Assembly: GCA_964630355.1 (NCBI GenBank)
Contig: CAZVSX010000006.1
Location: 8,155 to 72,154 of the forward strand
Length of the DNA stretch: 64,000 bases
Direction of reading: 5' to 3'
Source: an uncultured Phascolarctobacterium sp.
GTDB lineage: Bacteria; Bacillota; Negativicutes; Acidaminococcales; Acidaminococcaceae
The position numbers and the translations under genes are program-made. The stretch's first letter is position 1; each line of letters starts with the position of its first letter. This document shows positions 39,392-50,000 of this stretch, piece by piece. The notes beneath the pieces are model-generated. The model ran no database searches and was not told where the DNA came from. It saw only the letters and a list, made by a program, of their open reading frames with translations.

Positions 39392-40414
39392 TTACTTTTT
39401 AAGTTCTTCTAACTCCTTTTCCAAAGCCTTAAGACGTTTTAGAACATCTCCAACCTTACGAACATTAGCCTCCTGACGCAGCCATTCTTTCATAGGCATA
39501 GCAGGGAAGCCACCCATAACAGAGTTATCAGGCACGTTATTAGTAATACCAGTTTTACCGCCAAATACACAATTGTTGCCAATATTAATATGTCCAACAG
39601 TGCCGACCTGACCAGCAAAAGTTACATTATTACCAACTGTTACACTGCCGGAAATACCTACATGTGCAACAACCAAGCAATTTTCACCTAAAATATCATT
39701 ATGACCCAAATGTACCAAATTATCAATCTTAGTTCCTTTGCCAACAATGGTGCTGTCAACGGTAGCACGATCAATACAAGTATTGCTGCCTATTTCAACG
39801 TCATCTTGAAGCACTACATTTCCTGTCTGCAACACTTTGCTATGCTTACCGTTCTGCGTAATATAACCAAAACCATCACCGCCGATAACAGACCCTGACT
39901 GCAAAATAACTCGGTCGCCAAGGACGCAGTCCTCACGTACTGTAGAATTAGGATAAAGAGTACAGTCCTTACCAATTTTTACACGTCTGCCAACATAGGT
40001 ATGCGGATAAATAACACAGCCATCACCAATTTCAGCATCATCTTCAATTACTGCAAAAGGCTGAACAGCAACATTCGCACCAATTTTAGCTTTTTTCGAT
40101 ACATAAGCATAGGGACTGATGATACGCTCTACTTCTTCCTGCGGGCGAAACAGTTCCAACAAAGCAGCAAACGCAGCACGCGGATTTTCCACACGAATAA
40201 CAGGACGACCATCAAGTTCAGGATCTTCCGGACTAAGAACCATGACACCTGCTTTGCTCAAATGGCAGTGTTCCACATGCGGCGGAACTGCAAAAGAAAT
40301 ATCATGCGCCCCTGCTTCCACAAGACCATTGACACCAGTAATTTTCAAATCGGGGTTATCATGCTCTACTGTGCCCTTTAAAAAATCAGCTAATTCTTGT
40401 ACACTCTTCTCCAT
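39392..40414 (-). CDS. lpxD: UDP-3-O-acyl-glucosamine N-acyltransferase
   Basis: NPR.AFA, hexapeptide repeats, G.DGFGY, EIGSNTCIDR, TKIDNLV.LGHN. Confidence 0.95.
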   Translation of the reverse strand: MEKSVQELADFLKGTVEHDNPDLKITGVNGLVEAGAHDISFAVPPHVEHCHLSKAGVMVLSPEDPELDGRPVIRVENPRAAFAALLELFRPQEEVERIISPYAYVSKKAKIGANVAVQPFAVIEDDAEIGDGCVIYPHTYVGRRVKIGKDCTLYPNSTVREDCVLGDRVILQSGSVIGGDGFGYITQNGKHSKVLQTGNVVLQDDVEIGSNTCIDRATVDSTIVGKGTKIDNLVHLGHNDILGENCLVVAHVGISGSVTVGNNVTFAGQVGTVGHINIGNNCVFGGKTGITNNVPDNSVMGGFPAMPMKEWLRQEANVRKVGDVLKRLKALEKELEELKK

Positions 40415-40456
40415 TTCATACCTCCATCAATCACAGCTTTTTTAAACTGCTTATGC

Positions 40457-40485
40457 AAAAAAGCGGACGGACTCTCCGCCCGCTT
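40457..40485 (-). terminator. Intrinsic terminator after the skp genes
   Basis: Minus strand AAGCGGGCGGA / TCCGTCCGCTT plus U-tract. Confidence 0.8.
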
Positions 40486-40496
40486 CAGGGTGCTGC

Positions 40497-40901
40497 TTAT
40501 TGCATTTTTGCAACCACATCACTGGTAACATCTGTACCACCTTGTGGAACTGCTCGTTTATCTAAAATTGCTCCCAGATTTTTTTCTTTGGCAACTTGGC
40601 TCAATGCATTATCAAGACTTGCTTTTAACTTATTTTGTGCTTCGCTTTGGATTAACTTAGCTTTTGCAGCATAATCCTCAGCAACCTTTCGTGCATCATC
40701 ACCTGTTTTGCCTTCTAAATCTTTATCCATTTGAACTTTCAGCTCAGTCATCTGTTTTGTAACATCTTCCTGAGTAGTTTTTACGATAGGTGCTTCCTGC
40801 TCCAGCTTAGGCATATCTACAGTACCAAATTCAGCACTGCGTCCACAGCCAAAGCTGAACATAGCTGCAGCAATCATCAGACCAGCAAATATTTTTTTCA
40901 T
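40497..40901 (-). CDS. OmpH/Skp family chaperone, predicted lipoprotein
   Basis: Lipobox FSFG-C, G.VD, coiled coil, VAKEKNL..ILD, GGTDVT..V. Confidence 0.8.
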   Translation of the reverse strand: MKKIFAGLMIAAAMFSFGCGRSAEFGTVDMPKLEQEAPIVKTTQEDVTKQMTELKVQMDKDLEGKTGDDARKVAEDYAAKAKLIQSEAQNKLKASLDNALSQVAKEKNLGAILDKRAVPQGGTDVTSDVVAKMQ

Positions 40902-40952
40902 AATCAATTAAACCTCACTTATTTTTTGCTTACCTTTAGGTTAAAGCTTTTT

Positions 40953-41873
40953 TTATCTTTTTTTTAAGTTCTGAACAATGTCAGCAGTAATATCCTCTGC
41001 TTTAAGATTCACCTGATACTGCTTAAAAACAACAGTATAGCCACGCTCATGAGCCAGCCTTACTGCCTGACTTTCAATATCCTGATGTATCTTCTTTTTA
41101 AGATTATCATTTTTTTCCTGCTGCTTATCAATTTCTCTGTCCATAATACTAAGGGCACTGCTTAATGCCTTTGGAGCTGTACTCAAAAGCTTGGCATCTC
41201 GTTCTTCGGAAACCTGTATTTCTTTTCGCATCTCAGCATGATATTTAGCGGCAGTATCACGCATCCTCTGCTCTGCTGCAGCTTTATACGGAAGTACTTT
41301 TGCCTCTACCAGCTTTTGCTTTTCTGCCTGTAACTGAGCGATTCTTGTACCACGTTCATGCTGAACCTTTCTCAGCTCTGTTTCCAAAGCCTTACGTTCA
41401 TCAGGCTTTATTTCTACAGATTCCAAACGTGCACGCAGGTTAAAAATTTTCAGCTGAAAAGAATCTTCTACTGCCTTTCTTTGCGAAGCCAACTGCGCAT
41501 CTGCCTCAGCCTCTGCTTGCACAAGTACCTTTTGCAGCTTTATATTCTCACGTTCGCGCTGCTCTACCATGCGTGTATTAAAATCTGCATCCAGATAACT
41601 TTGCTGACTGAGCTGACGCAAAGCACGCAACTTGTTTAAACTACCAAACTGCGCTTTAGACATGAGTTCCTGCTGTTTACGTTTAAGCAGTAAATCCTTT
41701 AGAATCTTTTCTCCCTGTTCCAGCTTAGTAAAATCCGGATGTTCTGCTGCTGCCTTTTCCCAATTTATCACAGCAATCTTTTCCTGCTGCCCCTGAATAC
41801 CAGTACTACATGCCGAAATCAGCAGAGCCGCGGCTATCATAACCCCTATTTTCTCCAGCTTTTTCCTGAGCAT
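40953..41873 (-). CDS. Elongated OmpH/Skp-like protein, predicted lipoprotein
   Basis: Lipobox LISA-C, IAVINW....HP, ~230 aa coiled coil, LA.ERGYTVV...DITADI. Confidence 0.7.
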   Translation of the reverse strand: MLRKKLEKIGVMIAAALLISACSTGIQGQQEKIAVINWEKAAAEHPDFTKLEQGEKILKDLLLKRKQQELMSKAQFGSLNKLRALRQLSQQSYLDADFNTRMVEQRERENIKLQKVLVQAEAEADAQLASQRKAVEDSFQLKIFNLRARLESVEIKPDERKALETELRKVQHERGTRIAQLQAEKQKLVEAKVLPYKAAAEQRMRDTAAKYHAEMRKEIQVSEERDAKLLSTAPKALSSALSIMDREIDKQQEKNDNLKKKIHQDIESQAVRLAHERGYTVVFKQYQVNLKAEDITADIVQNLKKR

Positions 41874-41949
41874 ATAAACCTCCCGGCAAAACATATATTT
41901 TTACTATGTGCCTGTTTATGACAATTTAGTGCAAGAATCTCAACAACCT

Positions 41950-42435
41950 TTATTTAGCAGTCTGAAGAGATTTTGCAGCTTCATCAGTAATATCAACACC
42001 GCCAAAAACAACTGTACTCTTATCTACCACTACAACAAGCCCTTTTTTATCAGCAATCTTTTTGATAGCTTCTTCAATTTTTTTCAAAACAGGCTCCATT
42101 AATTCTTTCTGTTTGTTTGCTAAGCGTTCCTGAGTCTGAGCATAATATTTGCCCTTTTCAGCTTCATTCATGCTTTTGCTTTTTTCATCAAAGTCTGCCT
42201 TTGCTGCCTCAATTTCTTTTTGCATAGCTTCGTCAACAGTCTTCAAATCTGGACTTTGTGCTACCAGCATCTGGTAGTTTACCACACCAATAGCAGATTC
42301 TACTGATGCTGCTGAAGCAGATTTACCAAAACCGCTTTGTGTAACAGATAAAGCAAAGCAGCCAAGCACAAAAATCGTTGCAACAAATAATGATATCAGC
42401 TTAACATTTTTAGGATTACGCAATTGCTGCATCAT
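41950..42435 (-). CDS. OmpH/Skp family chaperone
   Basis: IGVVNYQ, coiled coil, IA.KKGL.VVVDK..V.FGG.DIT. Confidence 0.85.
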   Translation of the reverse strand: MMQQLRNPKNVKLISLFVATIFVLGCFALSVTQSGFGKSASAASVESAIGVVNYQMLVAQSPDLKTVDEAMQKEIEAAKADFDEKSKSMNEAEKGKYYAQTQERLANKQKELMEPVLKKIEEAIKKIADKKGLVVVVDKSTVVFGGVDITDEAAKSLQTAK

Positions 42436-42497
42436 GATTAAAATCCCTACTTTCTTTTTATATCAGACTAACCAACAGTCTTACAGTAATATATCTT

Positions 42498-42526
42498 ATT
42501 ATATCAGTCTAATGCTTTACTTTCAA
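42498..42526 (-). promoter_or_regulatory. Internal sigmaA promoter for the skp genes
   Basis: TTGAAA, N17, TATAAT with TGn. Confidence 0.65.
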
Positions 42527-42529
42527 GCA

Positions 42530-43801
42530 TCACAGATTTCCTATAATCCGCAAATAAAACTCTTCCCCGCCATAAACATATTCGGCACTCAAAAACTCAT
42601 GGACACGATAACGTATTCCAAACTCATTTCTGTCATCACCAGAAAAATGTTCTGCACGCAGCCGCCACTTGGGACTTAATTTATATTCCAGCCTATAATC
42701 ATTATCTCCTATAGGCATACGCCGTATATAACTCCAACTGCTCTTTCCCCAGTAACGTGCATAACCCAAGCCAAAATTCCATTGTACATCATCCAAAATA
42801 ATCTCCGCCTCGCTAAAAACTTCATCTCTCGGCGAAATAAATTTACCGATATGCGCCTTTCCCGAAAGATTATCCTTATCCCGACCGATATCACCATAAC
42901 CTTCAAACCAGATTTTATAGTCATCAGAATCTATGGTAATATCTATGCTTAAATCAGCCCCGGGAATAATTTTTACCACAGGCTGTAATTTATATTTTTG
43001 TACGTCAAATTCTGCCAAAAGTTTTTTCTGCAATAACTGCTCCAGTTCTGCACGATGTCGCTGTACATAAGCAACAGGAAGACCGCGCAGTTTATCACAT
43101 TCTGCCTCATATTTATATTTAAGCTGTAAAAGCAGAATGTTTGGTATAGCCTCACTGTGCAGCTCATAATCTATCGCTCCTACCAACTGCCCCACAGGAT
43201 AAATTACAACCTGCACTACTGTATGACCGTTTTCCTGCAGTACATCTACTGCTGCCTTAAACTCTGGAAGCTGCTCCTGCATTTGTCTGCGTACCATTTT
43301 ACGCAGAACACCTTCCGCCCAGTCACCAGCATCTGTTGAAGCACCGCTTATAGTCTGTTCCAACTGCTTTTTCAACTCTGGAATACGCTGCTGCAGCAAA
43401 GCCGCAGTCTGCGGTTCTACTCCAGAAAACTGCACATCTATTTCTGGCTGTGTAATTACTCCGCTCCACGGGCGTGCATAAAGGCAAATATTGGTAACTT
43501 CACCAATATTCATTATTGCCTCTGTAAGCTCATAGCCGGTAAAAACACGATCTCCTATTTCTGTAAACAAATGCAGATATTCACTTTCCGCAGTTTTTAC
43601 AGCATCTGTATCCTTGTCTGACAAAAGCTGTTCAGCAACAACCTGCATACTGCTGCTCATTTTTTGCAGCAACACGTCACTGGTACCGCCGTTAGTATCA
43701 ACAACCTGCACATTAACTTTTTCAATTGGGGCAGAAAAAGCTTGCTGCAATGGCAAGATGCTTGTCATTGCAGCAAACAAAAAGATTATATTCAGCCTCA
43801 T
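42530..43801 (-). CDS. Exported hypothetical protein downstream of bamA
   Basis: Signal peptide (AFS/A), alpha/beta N-terminal units, amphipathic beta-strand C-terminal ~125 aa. Confidence 0.6.
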   Translation of the reverse strand: MRLNIIFLFAAMTSILPLQQAFSAPIEKVNVQVVDTNGGTSDVLLQKMSSSMQVVAEQLLSDKDTDAVKTAESEYLHLFTEIGDRVFTGYELTEAIMNIGEVTNICLYARPWSGVITQPEIDVQFSGVEPQTAALLQQRIPELKKQLEQTISGASTDAGDWAEGVLRKMVRRQMQEQLPEFKAAVDVLQENGHTVVQVVIYPVGQLVGAIDYELHSEAIPNILLLQLKYKYEAECDKLRGLPVAYVQRHRAELEQLLQKKLLAEFDVQKYKLQPVVKIIPGADLSIDITIDSDDYKIWFEGYGDIGRDKDNLSGKAHIGKFISPRDEVFSEAEIILDDVQWNFGLGYARYWGKSSWSYIRRMPIGDNDYRLEYKLSPKWRLRAEHFSGDDRNEFGIRYRVHEFLSAEYVYGGEEFYLRIIGNL

Positions 43802-43823
43802 CGCCTAATCATGCTCCATTAAA

Positions 43824-45686
43824 TCAGAACTGACCGCCAAAGCTAAAGTGGAATTTACCGCCGTCTTCACCATAGCCATAATCCAGCTTAACAGGACCAA
43901 GCGGTGAATTAATACGTAAACCTGCACCATAACTGTTCTTTATCAAGCCAAGATCGAAATGATCTTCATGGCGTTTATCCCAAGCATAACCATTATCAGT
44001 GAAAAGTACACCCTGTACTTTCTTAACAATAGGGAAACGATATTCAAGCGTAGCTTTCAGCATACTGTTGCCGCGGAACTGATCATCCTCATAACCACGC
44101 AAAGTATCACTGCCGCCCATAGTAAAGCGTTGGCTGAGAGGCATACTGCCACTTGCATAACCAGCACCGAGGTTCAAAGCCCAAACACTTTCGCCGCCTG
44201 CACGATAGTAATAACGCCAATCAGCAGTCCATTTGGTAAAATCAAAATCGCCGCCTAAGCCGCCTGCCCATTCCACACTATACCCCATGCGTTTGCCTTC
44301 ATGCGGATCAAAAACATTATCACGGGAATCATACACACGACCTAAAGTAATACTGCGTGTTGTACCAAAGTTTTCCTTACGGCGGTCATGGAAGTCTGAC
44401 GGCATCCAGGACGGATCGTATTTACTACTTTGATTAAATTGAGATTCATAATATTGGTCACTGTCGCCTTCATAGCCGTCAGCCTCACCACGATAAATAT
44501 CATCACGATTTTTAATAGTAATATAATTACTGATAAATTCGTTATTGGTCTTGCGGCTGAAAGTCAGTTCCTGACCACGGCGTTTTTTATCGTAACGGGC
44601 AATTTCGTTACCATCAATGTTGTAGTCAGCATATTCATTGGTAATATCATACAAATTCAAGGTTGCACTTGTTTCCTTGCTGTCAATCCAGGGACGAGTG
44701 TAGCTGAAGTCATAGTTCTTATTATCCTCGCCGCCAAATTCCCAACGGATATTAATTTTATCACCAATACCACGGAAGTTTTTGTCACCAATGGAAATCA
44801 TACCAACAAAGCCGTCTGCATTGCTGTAACCTGCACCAATACCAAAAGTACCGGTATTCATTTCAATAACGCTGATTTCCACTTCTACTGCATTCGGTTC
44901 ACGACCAGGATTCAGCTTAATGTTTACATCTTCAAAATATCCAAGATTATAAACACGCTGCATACTGCGGCGTGCTGCCCTGGCATTAAAAGGCTGTCCT
45001 TTTTTCAGCTTCATCTCACGAGTAATAACATAATCTTTTGTCTTAACATTACCCTTAACTTTGAAATCTTCCACAATGCCTTCATTAACAGTAACCTTTA
45101 AAGTACCATCCTTTTCCATATGCACATCACTTACACGTGCCAGGATATAACCATTGGAACGGTATTCTTCCTCCAGCTTCTGTACGCATTTATTAATAGC
45201 TTTCAAATTTGCAGTTTTACCAGGCTGTAAATCAAAGAAACCTTCTACTTTTTTGGAATTAAGCACAGTATTGCCTGAAATATCAACTTTCTGATAAACA
45301 GGATTTTCCATAACATGATAAATTATCTGCACACCCTCAGGCACAAGCTTAAATTCCGGACGCAGGTCATAGAACCAACCCAAATCATAAACTGCACTTA
45401 AATCTTCAGACAAAGCAGCTTCTGAAAACTGCATACCTGGCTTAGTTTTTAAAGCAGCAAGAATATCTGCTTCAGGAACACTCGTATTTCCTTCAACAAT
45501 CTGCTTGGTAATAGTTTTACCTATATAAGGAGCCATCGGATCTTCTTTTTGCTCCTGTACATTCTGTGCAACTGTTTTTTCAGCAGAAACTGTACCTGCT
45601 GGATTTTCTTCAGCATAGACAGGTGCTGCTAACAGCATTGCTGCTAAACCAACTGTCAAAGGCTGCCACAAACTTCTCTTTTTCAA
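43824..45686 (-). CDS. bamA: Omp85/BamA outer-membrane protein assembly factor (about 3 POTRA domains)
   Basis: POTRA motifs (GN, Y...GY, LGYFEDV), GG..TLRGY, EYRFP, SPLGP.KLDY, terminal F; TTG start at 45686 after AGGAGG. Confidence 0.92.
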   Translation of the reverse strand: MKKRSLWQPLTVGLAAMLLAAPVYAEENPAGTVSAEKTVAQNVQEQKEDPMAPYIGKTITKQIVEGNTSVPEADILAALKTKPGMQFSEAALSEDLSAVYDLGWFYDLRPEFKLVPEGVQIIYHVMENPVYQKVDISGNTVLNSKKVEGFFDLQPGKTANLKAINKCVQKLEEEYRSNGYILARVSDVHMEKDGTLKVTVNEGIVEDFKVKGNVKTKDYVITREMKLKKGQPFNARAARRSMQRVYNLGYFEDVNIKLNPGREPNAVEVEISVIEMNTGTFGIGAGYSNADGFVGMISIGDKNFRGIGDKINIRWEFGGEDNKNYDFSYTRPWIDSKETSATLNLYDITNEYADYNIDGNEIARYDKKRRGQELTFSRKTNNEFISNYITIKNRDDIYRGEADGYEGDSDQYYESQFNQSSKYDPSWMPSDFHDRRKENFGTTRSITLGRVYDSRDNVFDPHEGKRMGYSVEWAGGLGGDFDFTKWTADWRYYYRAGGESVWALNLGAGYASGSMPLSQRFTMGGSDTLRGYEDDQFRGNSMLKATLEYRFPIVKKVQGVLFTDNGYAWDKRHEDHFDLGLIKNSYGAGLRINSPLGPVKLDYGYGEDGGKFHFSFGGQF

Positions 45687-45706
45687 TGAGTATTCCTCCT
45701 TACGAT

Positions 45707-46213
45707 TCAATTAGAATTGCTCAATTCCACTCGTGCTGACTGTACTAACTTGTACATATCAGCTTTTGATATGGTAACACGGTCAGCAACAGTTTCCTGC
45801 TTCTGTACCGGTATATCATGCTTTACTGTTTCTGCATTTATTTCAGCAGAAAGAGATTGCTTTTCAGCAGCTGTATTTATAACATTCTGCCTAACAGGCT
45901 CAGTTACTTTTGCAGCAGCCACTGGTACAGGCGATACCTGGTATACTTTAGTTCTGTAATGATCTTTAGCACAAAGCCAGCCGCCAGCACCTGCTAAAAT
46001 TAAAAGTATCGCTGCACAACCTGCCAAAAGCTGGCGATTCCAATTCCAGGGGCAGTCTTTTTTTCGACGCAGATTTTTAAGCTCTGCTTCAGCCAGCATC
46101 AAATCAAGCTCGCCACGTATATCCTTATTATCCATAAAGCTCTGCTCTGCCTTTTCCAAACTGCTCTTTATGCAGCGTATGCGACGGAACAATGTGTGAC
46201 TTGACTGCGCCAT
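45707..46213 (-). CDS. Single-pass membrane hypothetical protein between the sigma gene and bamA
   Basis: Charged helical N-terminus, TM LLAGCAAILLILAGAGGWL, low-complexity linker, short C-terminal helix; AGGGG RBS. Confidence 0.65.
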   Translation of the reverse strand: MAQSSHTLFRRIRCIKSSLEKAEQSFMDNKDIRGELDLMLAEAELKNLRRKKDCPWNWNRQLLAGCAAILLILAGAGGWLCAKDHYRTKVYQVSPVPVAAAKVTEPVRQNVINTAAEKQSLSAEINAETVKHDIPVQKQETVADRVTISKADMYKLVQSARVELSNSN

Positions 46214-46385
46214 GCTTCTACCCCTTTCTGTACATAATTATTAAAAATAACTATGTCTTATATAATCATATACTACACAAGTTTTTCACAGGGCGTGTTT
46301 AATGATTATATCAGATTTAGTAAAGATAACGATTATTTTCACGCTTTTTCGTTATTATTCAACATATATTCTTTAATATCAAAAA

Positions 46386-47021
46386 CTATCCTTTGTTAAA
46401 ATCATGAATAAAACGGGACAGCATCCCTCTGATACGTCTTACTCCCTGCTTCTGCAAACGGTATACGTGTCCAAGGCTGACATCTATGGTATCAGCCACA
46501 GCTTGAGCTGTACGCTCCTCCAAATACATTCCCTGCAATACCTGCTGTTCCTTACGCGGCAGACGTTCCATAGCCTGAGCCACTTTTTCTTTCAGCAAAT
46601 TCTGCTCAGTAATCTCACTTGGAGAAACATCTGCTGACGGCAAGGCTTCACTCAAAGTAAAACCCTGTGATATTTCGCTGTCTAAATACAACATCCCTTT
46701 TACAGATGTCCGCTTTAAATAGTCCAGCATACTTCCTTTAATACGATAGGAGGCAAACAAACTGAAAGCAACCTGTTTTTTATAATCATACGTTTCTGCT
46801 GCTTCCAAAAGTCCCACCATGCCCTCTTGGATTAATTCCATAGTTTCTGCTTCCGGCAGTTTAAAACTGACCGCAATTTTAAACACTAAAGGCTGATATG
46901 CCGTCATCAAATGCTGATGTGCATTCATATCACCATCGGCAGCACGTATCCATAAAATATGTTCTTCTTCTGGAGTCAGCAGCGAAGTCTTTTTTATTTC
47001 TTCCAGGTAATTTTTCAGCAT
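46386..47021 (-). CDS. Alternative sigma-70 family sigma factor (compact, sigmaE/K-like layout)
   Basis: Region 1.2 YLEEI...LLTPEEE, region 2 ELIQEGMVGLLEAAE.YD...FS.FA..RIKG, region 4 HTH L...E..VL...Y....T...VA....VS...V.RL; GGAGGTG RBS. Confidence 0.88.
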   Translation of the reverse strand: MLKNYLEEIKKTSLLTPEEEHILWIRAADGDMNAHQHLMTAYQPLVFKIAVSFKLPEAETMELIQEGMVGLLEAAETYDYKKQVAFSLFASYRIKGSMLDYLKRTSVKGMLYLDSEISQGFTLSEALPSADVSPSEITEQNLLKEKVAQAMERLPRKEQQVLQGMYLEERTAQAVADTIDVSLGHVYRLQKQGVRRIRGMLSRFIHDFNKG

Positions 47022-47069
47022 GTTTTCACCTCCTTTTTCTAATCTTACAACAACAGTATTTATTATACA

Positions 47070-50000
47070 TTAAAAAGTTATCTTGTATTCCAAGCCATAC
47101 CAATCTTCCGCTTTCTTTGATAAATCATAACTGCGGGAATAAGTAACATTCATATGTCTGCCAATATCATATTGCCCAAAATAACTTCTATCAACAGCAT
47201 CAAAGCTTGTAGTATAACCAAGCATAAAATTATTATTCAGATACTTGCTTACTAGTACATTATACTGGTTTCGTTCGTCTGACGTCAACTCCCTATTATG
47301 ATCACGAGTTCCCTCAAAACCTATACCTGAACGAACCTTGCCAGTATAAATACGGAACTGGTCAAGACCAAGTGTCTGTTTAATCAGCATTTCCACATCA
47401 CCCAATACTGTCATCTGCAAGCCTACGGTCATCAGATTAGTCATATCCTCACTGGTAACTTCATTACTGCCTCCGCTTTCACGCTGCAAAGTAAGCATAC
47501 GTATAATCGTATTCTGCGTCAAAGGCGGATTGCTTGTCAACTGTAAATCCATTTCAGTTACTGGGCCGTTAATCTTCATGAATATGTTGTATCGACTAAA
47601 ACGTGCTGTACTGTCCATATTAACATTAGGCAGAAAAGTTCCAGGTTCTACCCAAACTAAATTAGCATTATTAAGTTTAAAATCTGTACGCAGATACGTT
47701 ATCTTTCCTTTATCAGCTCTTATGTTTCCCTCAATATTAGGGAAAACCGTACTGCCTTTAATATGAATACCCCCACTGAGCCAAATATCATAAAGATAAC
47801 TATTATACATATGTATCTTCGGCCCCAGCTCAATTTTCATATCTAAGCCTATATTACTTTCACCTTCACCAAGCTCTGGTACAGTCGGCATATTTACAAG
47901 CACATCATCAAGGCACAGACTGCCCTTAACCAGCGGACGATATTCAATTTTCGTTTCAGAACTTTGCGTCTTTCGGAAGTCACGATATTTTTGAGGTTCT
48001 ATTATCACATCACTGTTAATAGTTCCTGTAAAAATCTGTGATGCAAGCTGTGCCTTATCAGCCTTTATGTGCAAAGCATAAGCTGTATCAGCATCTGTAT
48101 GCAGAGCATAGCTGCCTTCAGCCGTCAAACTACCCTTACCAAGCTTGGCAGATAAGTTTTTCAGCTGTACAGTATTTCCGTTAAACAACACATCCAAATT
48201 AATATCATCCAAAACAGTATCAAGATACTTCGCCTTTACACTGCCGCCGGCAATTTTTACAGAACCAAACAGCAAAGGATCTTCCAATGTACCGGCAAGA
48301 CGAATCTTACCCTGTGTATCTCCAATACCCCATTCAACCATTTTAGTCAGCGCAGGCAGCATACCTAAGCGAGCCTGATCCAAATCTACAATAATATTCA
48401 TTTGTGCATTAGGATTATGACGCTGCTCTTTTGAACGGAATAAATCCAGCGGAATATCACCAGCAGCAGTTACACCATAAGCATCTCGTGTAGCAATAAG
48501 CTGCTGTAACTTGATGTTATCATCAGCCAATGACAGCATTGCTGTTAAATCATCCATCATAACACCAGCAATAGAGCCATTTGTTATCTCCAAAGAAGCT
48601 GTACCCTGCGGATTATCCAAACTTCCCTGTACCTGTACCAGCATATCAGTTTCGCCTTTTATTTCCGGTGGGTCTTTCATAATGGCAGTAACAACTGCTG
48701 GATTAGCTTTTACTGCTGCCGCCTCAATATCAAGTTTCCGTCCTGGGATATCAAGCCAGCCGCCAACAGCAATAATTCCCTTATCTTCTACAGCATCCTG
48801 CTCCTGCAATTTAACATTATCAAAATGCAGTACACCGCCTTTATCTACACGTCCCTCAAAATTCATATGTGCATAGTTTAAATCATGAATCTTAACATCA
48901 TCTGCTGAAGCAGTAATTTTTACACCATTGCCATGCCCATTATAACTGAACAGCAACTGTCCCTGCATCTGTCCATTAATATCATAATCTAAGCGTGCCA
49001 TACGCAGCAGACCATTAATATCACCCCAGATATTTTCAACCTTACCGTCTATATATTTTTCAATAAGATTGATATTTATATCTGCACTATACAAGCCATA
49101 GTTAATTGGATCATCACGATAAGGCTGTTTAAAAGAAGCATCAAGTTTATTAATATCAAGTCCGTTGCTTGCCAGTGTACCCTGCATCTCTGTTAAGATT
49201 TCTCCATTGACAGAAATTTCATCGCTGTTTATATCACCATAAAAATATGGTGCTGTCAACGTACCGCTCAAATGACCCTCAGCATTAACCTTCCCTTTCA
49301 GTGCGACAATATCGTTACTTATAGGCAAATTTGACAGTTCAATATCTTGTGCATCCATAATAAAGTCTAAACCATTATCCTTTGTCATAGTACCATCAAG
49401 CTTCAATCTGCCATAAAAAGCATCTACAACAAAGTTCTGTAACTGCAATCTGCCATCTTCATACATATAGCGTCCGCTTACACTGTTAAACAATTGATGC
49501 ACAGCACTGCCATCTGACGCATATATTTCACCATAAACATAAGGATGTGCAAGCGTACCCTTTACTTGTACAACATTATCTAAATTACCAGTTACTAAAT
49601 CTGCTTTATTAATAACCGCCATCAGAGGCTCAATGCGAACTCCAGCACTTTCCAACACTAAGTCTGCATACGGTTCTTTACCCTGCAAATTAACAGTACC
49701 GTTAAGTATATGCTTACCTTGGTCCATATTAGCTGCAAAATCTTTAAAGGTAAGAATATTATCCTTTAAGCCAACAAACCCATGTGCCTCATTAATTTTT
49801 TGCTGCATAAACTGCGTATGTGTCAGCTGAATAATCCCGGCAAATTCCGGTGCAGCAAGATTACCGCCAATTCTAAAGCCAGTAGAACACAAACCGCTGC
49901 CTGCCTGCCCTGCTGCAATATCTAAAATAGGGTTAATCGGAAAATCTGCCATGCGACCATTAATATTAATTACTCCATCGCTGTTTATGCTGCCATTTGC

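Noticed and set aside
44430-45101. 223-aa plus-strand ORF
   Set aside because: Antisense shadow within bamA; no recognisable motifs
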